A DNA stretch of 32,000 bases from Nitrosospira multiformis ATCC 25196. Lineage in GTDB: Bacteria; Pseudomonadota; Gammaproteobacteria; Burkholderiales; Nitrosomonadaceae. The stretch is from NCBI RefSeq assembly GCF_000196355.1, contig NC_007614.1, positions 30,001-62,000 on the forward strand, read 5' to 3'. The stretch's first letter is position 1. Each line of letters starts with the position of its first letter. Position numbers and translations under genes: made by a program. This document shows positions 9,401 through 18,800 of this stretch, piece after piece. Under the pieces are notes generated by a model, which made no database searches, had not been told where the DNA came from, and worked only from the letters and a program-made list of their open reading frames with translations.

Positions 9401-9539
9401 GATACAAACCCCGTACCTTAAGCCTTGCGCGGCCCCCCACAGCTGCATGAACGATGCGCACCGGTTCGGGAGGCTCGGCTTCAGTCGCACCTGTCCCGAA
9501 GAAAGAAGGGCGTTGCATCTGGTCGAAAAGTAGAGACAT
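6417..9539 (-). CDS. Cation-transporting P-type ATPase (P2-like) with N-terminal HMA-like domain
   Basis: 1040 aa: [12 protein letters not shown] phosphorylation motif, [72 protein letters not shown]. N-terminus [29 protein letters not shown]. Confidence 0.92.
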   Translation of the reverse strand: [1040 protein letters not shown]

Positions 9540-9850
9540 CCTCGTAGGAGTTATGTGGTTACATGACGTTTCGCTGCTACGGAATATGCTACGCGATGCT
9601 CAGGACAAACATATAATCACCGACCTTGCCGCCAAGGCGATCAGTAGTATTTCCAAAAGACTACAACTTCCTCGCCTCGATATCTCGAACGATTGGAGAC
9701 TTCTTCTTTTTAGGTTAAAACGACATTCTCAGCAAGCTGTGCCGGCTCTTTGATGCACTTCGCCGCCAATCAGCGCACCTTGTATTCTGAAGCAGCGGGA
9801 TTACTGATTTCTGTTTCCATTCCGCGATCTTCTATCCTTATAATTCAAGC

Positions 9851-9883
9851 TCAGGCACTGTGCCTGATGCCTCAAGGCATCAG
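9851..9883 (+). promoter_or_regulatory. Two overlapping, mutually exclusive hairpins in the leader of the amine oxidase gene
   Basis: Stem A TCAGGCA-CTG-TGCCTGA (9851-9867); stem B CTGATGCC-TCAA-GGCATCAG (9864-9883); they share 9864-9867. Confidence 0.35.
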
Positions 9884-9949
9884 ATTCGGGTTCCACCAGG
9901 TTTCGCAAGCTCCTTGAAGCACGAGGTCACCGGGGTAACGGGAGAAAAA

Positions 9950-11914
9950 ATGCCGGGCAATACATCCCATACACAGAAATCGGAAATAAATGATCTGGTA
10001 ATTGTCGGCGGCGGTATTGCCGGACTCTATTGCTGCCACGAGCTTATCAAGAAAGTCCGGAGCGGCTCGCTCGATATCAGGAGCATTCTCCTTCTGGAAG
10101 CTTCCGACCGGTTTGGCGGGCGCATCGAAACGTGGTCCCTGCTGAGAAGCAGTGAGGAAAATGGAAAGAAGATCGGTTTTGAAGATACATGGGACCCGTG
10201 TAACTGGAACATCGATAACGGTTGCCTTGCTCCCCCTGACCCGCAAACGGGTAAACAGTCTCCATTCAAAGGTCCGACAGAAAAATCATTCAGGAATGTG
10301 GATGGCAAGGATGTCGAAAAGCTGACCGATATCGAATACTTCCGCGCGGAATTCGGGCCCATGAGAATCGAACCGCGGGACCAGATTTTATTGCAGGGAT
10401 TGCTCGACGATCTTGGAATCAGGGAGCCTGACCCGGGGGAGGAAGAAAGCCTGGATGACCTCGTGCCGTTCTCTTCGTACACCTCCGAAGATCCGATGGC
10501 GCCTCGCTTCACCCTTCAGGAGGAGGAAGCACAGCAGAAAACTCCTTTTGACCTGATGATACTCGCTCTCAGGCGCATCTTCGAGCTCGTCCAAGGTCCG
10601 AAATTCGACGGCCCGGCTTCGAATCCCTGGTGTACGGAAGCCGCCAATGAACAATGGAGAAAATTGCACAGCGCGCAGTTCTTTTATCGCCATTACTGGA
10701 AGGGAGAGCTGCTCGAATGGATACAGTACCTTACCGATCCTGACTTCGTAACGATTCGGGAGCATGCGCGGTTCAGGGACCAGCCGTTATGGGACCTGGG
10801 ATTCTGGAACGTCCTCAGCGACGTCTTGAGCCATTATGCGGTGGTCAAGATCAGGGATTGGGGAAGTTACTATCACTTTGTCCACGAAAATCTGAATGCC
10901 GCCGAGTGGATCATCTTCTGGCTCAGGGCAATTCGAAGCACAGGTTCGCTTCGAGGCATACGCGGAGGGATGAGCAGGATAATCTGGAACCTGCTGGAAG
11001 TCTTGCGGAAGCACCAGAACAGTCACCAATCTCCTCGTCTGAAAATCGCGAAAGGCTCGAGGGTGGTGAGCGTAGAAAGACGGGATGATGCGCTGGTTGC
11101 CCTTACCGTGCAGAATGAGGATGAGGTCGAGCTTGTGTGCGCACGAAGAGTCATTTTTGCCCTGCCGAAGCGTCCGCTCGAGGAAATGTCATGGAATGGG
11201 GAACATCCAAAAGGCAAGCTTCACGAAGCATTCAATGCGGTCGTTTGCCTTCCGCTACTGAAATGTTTTTTCGTCATCGAGAAACCCTGGTGGGAAGACA
11301 ACCGGTCTCTCAACCGCCATGCGTCCGACATACCAACCCGCGAGTTGCTGTATGTGAAAAGCAGGGACCGGACAAAAGGGTTGATCATGATTTATACCGA
11401 TCGCCCGGCAATCACATTCTGGTCCGATTATCTCAGAAGCGAATCCGGCAATAATTCCAAAGGTCCCGAGCAACCGGAGGGGCCGCAGGTCGACTATCAG
11501 GATGCCGCCAGGATCTGGTTCCTGGAGAAAAAACCTTCCCCGACGTGCGGTTCGATCATCGAAATCAAGCCCGGATCGGCTCGCCTATGGCAGCGTTTCG
11601 TGCAGTTTGCCAGGGATTATGAGCACCATGACTTTACCACGGGCCGCCTTCTCGCCTGCGGGATGCGCGACTGGGGAAAGGAGCCTTTCGGCGCCGCAGC
11701 GCACGGGTGGCGTCCGGGTGTAAAGTCCCGGGAGCATATCGAGTTTCTCGAGGCATTTTCTCTCGAACAAGAGGAGCAGGAAACCGGGCAAAACAACCTG
11801 CATGTTTGCGGAGAAGCATTTTCTGACTACCAGGGATTTATTGAAGGCGCGCTGCGATCAGCGCAGCGCGTGCTGGTTGTGATAGAGGAACAGCAGGAGC
11901 CGGGAAAAAGCTGA
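9950..11914 (+). CDS. FAD-dependent amine oxidase-like flavoprotein
   Basis: Dinucleotide-binding motif DLVIVGGGIAGLYCCHELIKK...ILLLEASDRFGGRIETW; C-terminal LHVCGEAFSDYQGFIEGALRSAQRVL typical of flavin amine oxidases. Start at 9950 chosen over 9860 because GGGAG sits just upstream. Confidence 0.8.
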   Translation: MPGNTSHTQKSEINDLVIVGGGIAGLYCCHELIKKVRSGSLDIRSILLLEASDRFGGRIETWSLLRSSEENGKKIGFEDTWDPCNWNIDNGCLAPPDPQTGKQSPFKGPTEKSFRNVDGKDVEKLTDIEYFRAEFGPMRIEPRDQILLQGLLDDLGIREPDPGEEESLDDLVPFSSYTSEDPMAPRFTLQEEEAQQKTPFDLMILALRRIFELVQGPKFDGPASNPWCTEAANEQWRKLHSAQFFYRHYWKGELLEWIQYLTDPDFVTIREHARFRDQPLWDLGFWNVLSDVLSHYAVVKIRDWGSYYHFVHENLNAAEWIIFWLRAIRSTGSLRGIRGGMSRIIWNLLEVLRKHQNSHQSPRLKIAKGSRVVSVERRDDALVALTVQNEDEVELVCARRVIFALPKRPLEEMSWNGEHPKGKLHEAFNAVVCLPLLKCFFVIEKPWWEDNRSLNRHASDIPTRELLYVKSRDRTKGLIMIYTDRPAITFWSDYLRSESGNNSKGPEQPEGPQVDYQDAARIWFLEKKPSPTCGSIIEIKPGSARLWQRFVQFARDYEHHDFTTGRLLACGMRDWGKEPFGAAAHGWRPGVKSREHIEFLEAFSLEQEEQETGQNNLHVCGEAFSDYQGFIEGALRSAQRVLVVIEEQQEPGKS

Positions 11915-11918
11915 GTTT

Positions 11919-13037
11919 TTATCCAGTCTTTTGTTTCCGCAGAAAAGACAGCACGGCAGACTCGAGCGGGTCATGGGCGGCATGCGCCGCTTCTTCCATT
12001 TCCTGCACGCAGCGATGAAGATCGCCTTTCTGCCAGGCAGAAAACACCGCCGGATTGATGTAGGATTTCCGGCAGACGGCAGGGGTATTGCGCAGATCTT
12101 CCGCGACTTGCCGTATCGCCGCAACGATGCCGGCCTTGAGAGCGCGCTTGGTCGGGAATTCAGGCAACGGCGTATTGAGCATGATTTCGAACGCCCGCAA
12201 GGTTCCGCTCCATGTTCGGAAATCCTTCGCGGTAAATTCGGCTTCCATGACTTCGTGGAGGTAGGCGTTTACCTGCTCCGCTCCGACCGGCCGTCGCTTG
12301 CCGCTCTCATCCAGGTACTGGAAAAGATGCTGGCCCCTCAGCTCTTGGCAAGCCCGGATAATGGTGATGATGCGCCTGTCACCGATCGTGACTTCGTGCT
12401 CGACCCGGCTCTTGCCCCGGAATTTCAATAATGCGCGCCTGGGGTTGATGAAGGCAAGATGCCGCTTGCGCAGGGTTGTAAGTCCGAAACTGTGGTTATC
12501 GCGGGCGTAAGACAGGTTACCGATGCGCACTTGCGTCGTATCAAGCAGTCTCACTATTGCAGCAACAACCTTTTTTTGCGGCAAACCTCGTTTTTTCAGA
12601 TCAAGGTGTACACGCTCACGCAGTTGAGGTAAAGCTTCGCCGAATTCCACCATGCGGTCAAATTTGATGCTGTCCCGCACCGCGCGCCAATCGGAATGGT
12701 AGCGGTACTGCTTGCGGCTGCGCGCATCCAGTCCGGTGGCCTGCAAGTGGCCCAGAGGATGAGGGCAAATCCAGACGTCGGTATAAGCGGGAGGAATGGC
12801 GAGCCGGGCAATGCGCTCAAGCTCGCCCTTATCACTCAAGGGCTTTTCATCCGGACCGACATAACGAAATCCCTCGCCGGAGGCCAACCTTCTGATCCCA
12901 GGCTCATCGCCGGAGACATAGATCAACCCCGCGGCCGCCGCTTGCGCCGCCAGAATTTCCACCGCCTGGGGCCGCAACTCCTCCTTATTCGGAGAGAATG
13001 ACATATGGTTACTCCTGTCGCAGGCTGGTTGTAACAA
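11919..13037 (-). CDS. Bacterial DNA topoisomerase IB
   Basis: RRLASGEGFRYVGPDEKPLSDKGELERIARLAIPPAYTDVWICPHPLGHLQATGLDARSRKQYRYHSDWR; VRIGNLSYARDNHSFGLTTLRKRH; FRTWSGTLRA; catalytic-Tyr region NTPAVCRKSYINPAVF. Confidence 0.93.
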   Translation of the reverse strand: MLQPACDRSNHMSFSPNKEELRPQAVEILAAQAAAAGLIYVSGDEPGIRRLASGEGFRYVGPDEKPLSDKGELERIARLAIPPAYTDVWICPHPLGHLQATGLDARSRKQYRYHSDWRAVRDSIKFDRMVEFGEALPQLRERVHLDLKKRGLPQKKVVAAIVRLLDTTQVRIGNLSYARDNHSFGLTTLRKRHLAFINPRRALLKFRGKSRVEHEVTIGDRRIITIIRACQELRGQHLFQYLDESGKRRPVGAEQVNAYLHEVMEAEFTAKDFRTWSGTLRAFEIMLNTPLPEFPTKRALKAGIVAAIRQVAEDLRNTPAVCRKSYINPAVFSAWQKGDLHRCVQEMEEAAHAAHDPLESAVLSFLRKQKTG

Positions 13038-13319
13038 AGTCAGTATGTCAAGCAGTTTGGAAAACGAAAAACAGGGGATTCGAAGGTCAGGCGCCAGGGT
13101 ACTGCCAAGCAGCAGACTGGATACGCTTCTATCGACAGCAATGATAGCCTTCCGGTTCCATCCTTTTGGAAGGGTAAAAACCAGGAAGAAAACTTTATCT
13201 GTCCTGACTGGTTTTCTTCATTTATGGAGATATTTAAGCGAGGCATCACCTCGGTGATTGCTCAAAGCGTTCGCATATTCCTTATCTGGTAGGTTGGAAT
13301 TTCCAAGGGGGCGATGGGG

Positions 13320-13700
13320 TCAGTGCGTTACGAATCTCAAACGGTTACCGTCCGGATCTGTTACCACCATTTCTCGGGTCCCCCATGGAGTGTCTTGGGG
13401 CGCTTCAATAGTGGTAATGCCTCGACCAGTAAATTCACCATAGCAGTTGTCAACATTGGGAACTATGAAGTAGATCGCGCCACCCCCCTGACAGTCTCCA
13501 GTATGTTCCGTCAGAAAAATAACCTGATCTTTCCTGGTCAATTGTATAAATAGAGGAAAGCCTGGCTCGAACTGATGCTTCCAATCAACGCTGAAGCCCA
13601 AGCCCTCCACATAAAACGGCAGGCTAACAGTGGCGCTGATTATCCGCAGTTGCGGTATAACTGTCTGGTTCAATATAAATTCCTTTGCTGTTTCTGACAT
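13320..13700 (-). CDS. VOC/glyoxalase-bleomycin-resistance-fold protein
   Basis: 126 aa: VIPQLRIISATVSLPFYVEGLGFSVDWKHQFEPGFPLFIQLTRKDQVIFLTEH...TPWGTREMVVTDPDGNRLRFV, a VOC-fold signature. Confidence 0.8.
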   Translation of the reverse strand: MSETAKEFILNQTVIPQLRIISATVSLPFYVEGLGFSVDWKHQFEPGFPLFIQLTRKDQVIFLTEHTGDCQGGGAIYFIVPNVDNCYGEFTGRGITTIEAPQDTPWGTREMVVTDPDGNRLRFVTH

Positions 13701-13841
13701 ACACTTGAACGCTATCGCTTCTCACTCTCCCATGTGGCGTCAGAGATTCCGTAACAGGCGAGAAAGAAGGGGCGGATAGCGAACGGTTCCTAAGATAACC
13801 TGAGAGTATTCTTGAAATCCCTGCTGGATGTTTATTTAAAA

Positions 13842-13861
13842 GATACCGTCCAGATGGTATC
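13842..13861. promoter_or_regulatory. Putative operator: inverted repeat GATACC-N8-GGTATC just upstream of the TetR-family start
   Basis: GATACC (13842-13847), GGTATC (13856-13861); ATG at 13871. Confidence 0.45.
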
Positions 13862-13870
13862 ATTTTAAAG

Positions 13871-14449
13871 ATGACCAATGCTAATCAACGCAATCAACGC
13901 AAGAAGCAGCCCGCTCTCGTTCGTCGCAGGTTACTGGATAACGGTGCCCGTCTCTGTGTGGAGCAAGGTGTGGCGGGTTTGACACTACAAGCGGTGGCGG
14001 ATGCGGCAGACGTAACCAAGGGAGGGTTGCTGCATCACTTTTCAACCAAGCAGGCGCTTATCGAGGAAATCTTCAGCGAGCGCCTGCAAGCCTTCGATAC
14101 GAGCATCAAGCAGGCAATGAAGCTCGACCCTGAACCATCCGGCTGCTTTACCCGCGCTTACATCACCGCGACGCTGGAGCTGATCGAGAAGGATGATTTC
14201 ATTCAGTGGGCGGCCCTCATGATGGCGATGCTGACCGAGCCCGGCTTGAAGAAACGGTGGACGCAGTGGCTGGAACAGAGCCTGGAACAACACCGGGATA
14301 CTGATTCCGCCCCCGAAATGCGGCTGGCCCGTTATGCCGTTGACGGACTTTGGCTGGCAGGCCTGCTCGATGAGGAGGAACGGGTGGCGACCAAACGCGA
14401 AGCACTGCATCTGCATTCCCAATTGATCGAGATGACAAGAAAACCATAA
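13871..14449 (+). CDS. TetR/AcrR family transcriptional regulator
   Basis: 192 aa: RRRLLDNGARLCVEQGVAGLTLQAVADAADVTKGGLLHHFSTKQALIEEIF, the typical TetR HTH. Confidence 0.92.
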   Translation: MTNANQRNQRKKQPALVRRRLLDNGARLCVEQGVAGLTLQAVADAADVTKGGLLHHFSTKQALIEEIFSERLQAFDTSIKQAMKLDPEPSGCFTRAYITATLELIEKDDFIQWAALMMAMLTEPGLKKRWTQWLEQSLEQHRDTDSAPEMRLARYAVDGLWLAGLLDEEERVATKREALHLHSQLIEMTRKP

Positions 14450-14616
14450 CTCAGTCATTGCAACGTCAGGCCTCGGATCCGCCATTATTCCGGGCCCCGC
14501 TAAAGCCGTTTCTTCATTATGCTGGCCTCCCGTCAAGTCGTTTGAAGCAGGTACTGTCAGGCGTACGTGCTAAAAGCCGCCGAAGAAGGCCGGATCAACT
14601 TCCTTTCCCCGGAGAC

Positions 14617-15792
14617 ATGCGTTTCATAAACCTTATTACGACCATTTTCATTGCTCTCTCGACAATCTTCCTTGCCGCATGCAGCAATACGGAATCCAGC
14701 ACTTCGGTCGAGCCGCCCCCACCCGATGTTGCGGTTGCGGACGTCCTGTCGCGCTCCGTGCGAGCATGGGACGAATTCAATGGACGTGTCCGTGCGGTCC
14801 CGACTGTAGAGTTGCGTCCTCGGGTCAGTGGCTACATCGATCGGGTTGCCTATAAGGAGGGTAGCGAGGTCAAACCTGGCGATCTTCTCTTTGTCATCGA
14901 TCCCCGTCCGTACCGCAACGCACTCCAGAGTGCGCAGGCGCAGCTCGAACATGCGCGGGCGGCTGCAAATCTCGCCCAAAGCAGGACTGAGCACGCGCAG
15001 GCACTGTTCGCAGCACAGGCCATGTCGCGCGAAGAATTCAACGGCAGGCAAACGGAGTTGAACCAGACGATTGCCGAGGTGCGCGCAGCGGAAGCCGCTG
15101 TAGCCACAGCCAAGCTCAACCTCAATTTTACCGAGGTTCGAGCACCGATCGCAGGCCGCGTGGGGCGAGCATACCTGACTGCCGGCAATCTTGCGCAGGC
15201 TGACCAGTCGATCCTGACAACCCTGGTCTCGCAGGATCCGATGTACGTGTACTTCGACTGCGATGAACATAACTTCCTGCGCTACAAGGAATTCGCGCGC
15301 AAGAACGATCGCGAGAGCAATGTTTATCCGGTCCGCATCCGTCTGGCCAATGAGGAAGGTTTTTCGCATCACGGGACTGTAGATTTCTTCGACAATCAAC
15401 TCAATCCCGCAACGGGAACAATTCGTGTCCGCGCTGTCGTTGCGAACGCCGACCGGGCGCTGACACCTGGTCTTCACGCTCGAGTGCAGCTGCAAGGCGG
15501 CGATGTGTTGCATGCACTCCTGATCGACGATAAAGCCATCCTGACCGACCAGGACCGCAAATATGTCTATGTATTGGGGGAGGGCAACAAGGCGCTCCGC
15601 AAGAACATCACATTGGGTCGGCAGGTGGATGGCCTCCGTATCGTACAGTCCGGCCTCGACACGACGGACAAGATCATCGTCATCGGCGCGCAGAAGATCT
15701 TTCACGACGGGATGACCGTAAAGCCCCAGCACGTCGCCATGGAAACGAGAGCGGCTATTCCCCCCTCTACGCTCCTGAAAGCAACGGAATAA
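14617..15792 (+). CDS. RND efflux periplasmic adaptor (membrane fusion lipoprotein)
   Basis: Internal Met at 14617 gives a signal/lipobox MRFINLITTIFIALSTIFLAACSN. Then VELRPRVSGYIDRVAYKEGSEVKPGDLLFVIDPRPYRNAL and EVRAPIAGRVGRAYLTAGNLAQ. Confidence 0.9.
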   Translation: MRFINLITTIFIALSTIFLAACSNTESSTSVEPPPPDVAVADVLSRSVRAWDEFNGRVRAVPTVELRPRVSGYIDRVAYKEGSEVKPGDLLFVIDPRPYRNALQSAQAQLEHARAAANLAQSRTEHAQALFAAQAMSREEFNGRQTELNQTIAEVRAAEAAVATAKLNLNFTEVRAPIAGRVGRAYLTAGNLAQADQSILTTLVSQDPMYVYFDCDEHNFLRYKEFARKNDRESNVYPVRIRLANEEGFSHHGTVDFFDNQLNPATGTIRVRAVVANADRALTPGLHARVQLQGGDVLHALLIDDKAILTDQDRKYVYVLGEGNKALRKNITLGRQVDGLRIVQSGLDTTDKIIVIGAQKIFHDGMTVKPQHVAMETRAAIPPSTLLKATE

Positions 15793-15801
15793 GGGAACGG
15801 T

Positions 15802-18800
15802 ATGGACTTTTCCAGGTTCTTCATCGACCGTCCCATATTTGCCATCGTTCTTTCGATCGTTATTTTCGCGGCGGGACTCATCGCCATCCCGCTCCTGCCT
15901 GCGGGCGAGTATCCGGAAGTGGTGCCTCCAAGCGTGGTTGTGCGTGCAATGTATCACGGCGCCAATCCCAAAGAGATCGCGGATTCAATCGCCGTTCCCC
16001 TGGAAGAAGCGATCAACAGCGTCGAAGGCATCATGTATATGAAGTCCGTTGCGGGCTCCGATGGAAGCCTGCAAGTGACGATCACCTTCACGCCCGGCAT
16101 CGATCCCGATACCGCGGCCGTCCGCGTACAGAATCGCGTCGCCCAAGCCCTGTCCCGTCTGCCCAACGACGTACGCCAGTATGGCGTAACCACGCAGAAG
16201 CAATCCCCGACTCCGCTCATGTACGTGAATCTTTCTTCACCCGACGGTCGCTACGACGCGGTCTATCTGCGCAACTATATGACGCTGAATATCAAGGACC
16301 AGCTTTCGCGCCTGAAGGGGGTTGGCAACGTCGGATTGTACGGGGAAGGCGATTATGCGATGCGCCTGTGGCTCGACCCGAACAAGCTCGCCGCACGTGG
16401 CTTGACAGCCAGCGATGTGGTGGATGCCGTTCGCGAGCAGAACGTTCAGGTATCCGCAGGTCAACTGGGCGCCCAGCCATCACCCAGGAGCGCGGATTTC
16501 CTCGTTCCGATCAATGTTCGTGGACGGCTTCGCAGCGAGCAGGAATTCGGCGACATTGTCCTGAAAAGTGCCGATGATGGCCAATTGGTCCGCCTGGCGG
16601 ATGTTGGGCGCGTCGAGCTCGGCTCCAGCGATTACACGCTCCATGCCATGATCGATAACAGGGGCAGCACTAGCGCCGGAATTTTTCTGACTCCCGGCGC
16701 GAACTCCCTGGAGGTGGCCAGGACGGTCTATGCCAAGTTTGAAGAACTTGCAGCAAGCTTTCCTCCGGGTATCGAGTATCGGGTGGTGTGGGACCCCAAT
16801 GTTTTTGTCCGGGATTCCATCCGGGCCGTGGGTCAAACACTGATCGAAGCGGTCTTCCTGGTCGTGCTGGTGGTCATTCTCTTTCTGCAGACTTGGCGCG
16901 CATCGATCATCCCCCTGATTGCGGTGCCGGTCTCGATTATCGGCACGTTTGCCTGGCTCTACCTTCTCGGATATTCCATCAATACGCTGACATTGTTCGG
17001 ACTGGTCCTGGCAGTGGGGATTGTCGTCGACGATGCGATCGTCGTCGTGGAGAACGTTGAGCGCAATATCGAGGAAGGTCTGAGTCCTCTCGCGGCAGCA
17101 CACCAGGCCATGAAGGAAGTCTCCGGTCCGATCATCGCCATTGCGCTGGTGCTATGCGCCGTGTTCGTGCCCATGGCCTTCCTGAGCGGTGTCACGGGGG
17201 AGTTCTACAAGCAGTTTGCCGTCACCATCGCCATATCCACCGTCATTTCCGCGATCAATTCGCTCACACTGTCCCCGGCACTGGCGGCAAAACTGCTCAG
17301 AGGACATGATGCTCCGAAGGATGCGCCTACCCGAGTGCTCGAGCGCAGCCTGGGATGGTTGTTCCATCCGTTCAATCGGCTGTTTCTTCGCAGCTCCGGC
17401 AAATACCAGAGCACGGTAGCCCGAACACTGGGCCAGCGCGGCAGGGTGTTTACCGTCTATGCAGGACTATTGCTCGCAACAGTCATGCTATTCCATATCG
17501 TGCCGACCGGCTTTATTCCAAATCAGGACAAGCTCTACCTCTTTGCAGGCGCCAAATTGCCGGAGGGCGCTTCGCTTGCCCGTACTGACGCCGTCACACG
17601 TCAATTAAACGACCTTGCCAGCAGTATCGAAGGCGTGGAAATGACCGAAAGCTATGTTGGCATGAATGCGTTGCAGTCAGTCAACACGCCCAATCAGGCG
17701 GCCTCCTACGTTATCCTCAAGCCTTTTGATCAACGCCGGCGTTCCGCAGAATCCATCACCGCTGAACTGAATGCCAGGCTTGCCGACATCAAGGACGGGC
17801 AAGCCTATGCATTACTGCCTCCGCCTATTCAAGGACTGGGCAATGGGTCGGGCTATTCGCTCTATTTGGTCGATCGCGGCGGTCTGGGATATGGGGCGTT
17901 GCAAAGCGCAACCACAAAATTCCAGAACGCGATTGCGCAGACGCCAGGCATGACTTTTCCTGTCAGCTCATACCAGGCCAACGTCCCGCAACTTGAGGTC
18001 AAGGTGGATCGGGTCAAAGCCAAGGCCCAGGGAGTAAATTTGACGGACCTCTTCAATACGTTGCAGGTCTACCTTGGATCCTTCTACATCAACGATTTCA
18101 ATCTATACGGTCGCGTCTATCGGGTGATGGCACAGGCGGATGCAGCTTTCCGCCAGAATGCTGAAGACATCAACAATCTGTATACACGCAATAGTCGAGG
18201 AGAAATGGTTCCGCTAGGGTCGATGGTGACGATTCAACATACTTTTGGTCCGGATCCCGTCATCCGCTACAACGGTTATCCCGCTGCCGACCTTATCGGG
18301 GATGCGGATCCCCGCGTACTTTCCTCGGGACAAGTCATCGCCAAGCTATCGGAAATTGCTACGGAGGTACTGCCCCCCGGCATTACCCTGGAATGGACCG
18401 ACTTGAGCTATCAGCAGGTCACCCAGGGCAACGCGGCAGTCATCGTCTTCCCATTATCGATCATGCTGGCCTTTCTGGTGCTGGCCGCCCTCTATGAGAG
18501 CTGGACATTACCCTTGGCAGTCATCCTGATCGTGCCGGTATGCATGTGCGCCGCGCTTTTCGGGATCTGGCTCACAGGCGGGGACAACAATATATTCGTA
18601 CAGGTGGGACTGGTCGTACTGATGGGTCTGGCATGCAAGAATGCCATCCTGATCGTTGAGTTTGCACGAGAACTGGAGATTCAGGGCAAGGATACCATCG
18701 AAGCCGCACTGGAAGCCTGCCGCCTTCGACTTCGGCCGATTGTGATGACTTCGATCGCCTTCATCGCTGGATCTGTTCCCCTAGTGCTCAGTCAGGGTGC

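Noticed and set aside
14557-15957. 466 aa minus-strand ORF
   Set aside because: Fully antisense to the well-supported RND adaptor; composition atypical, no motifs.
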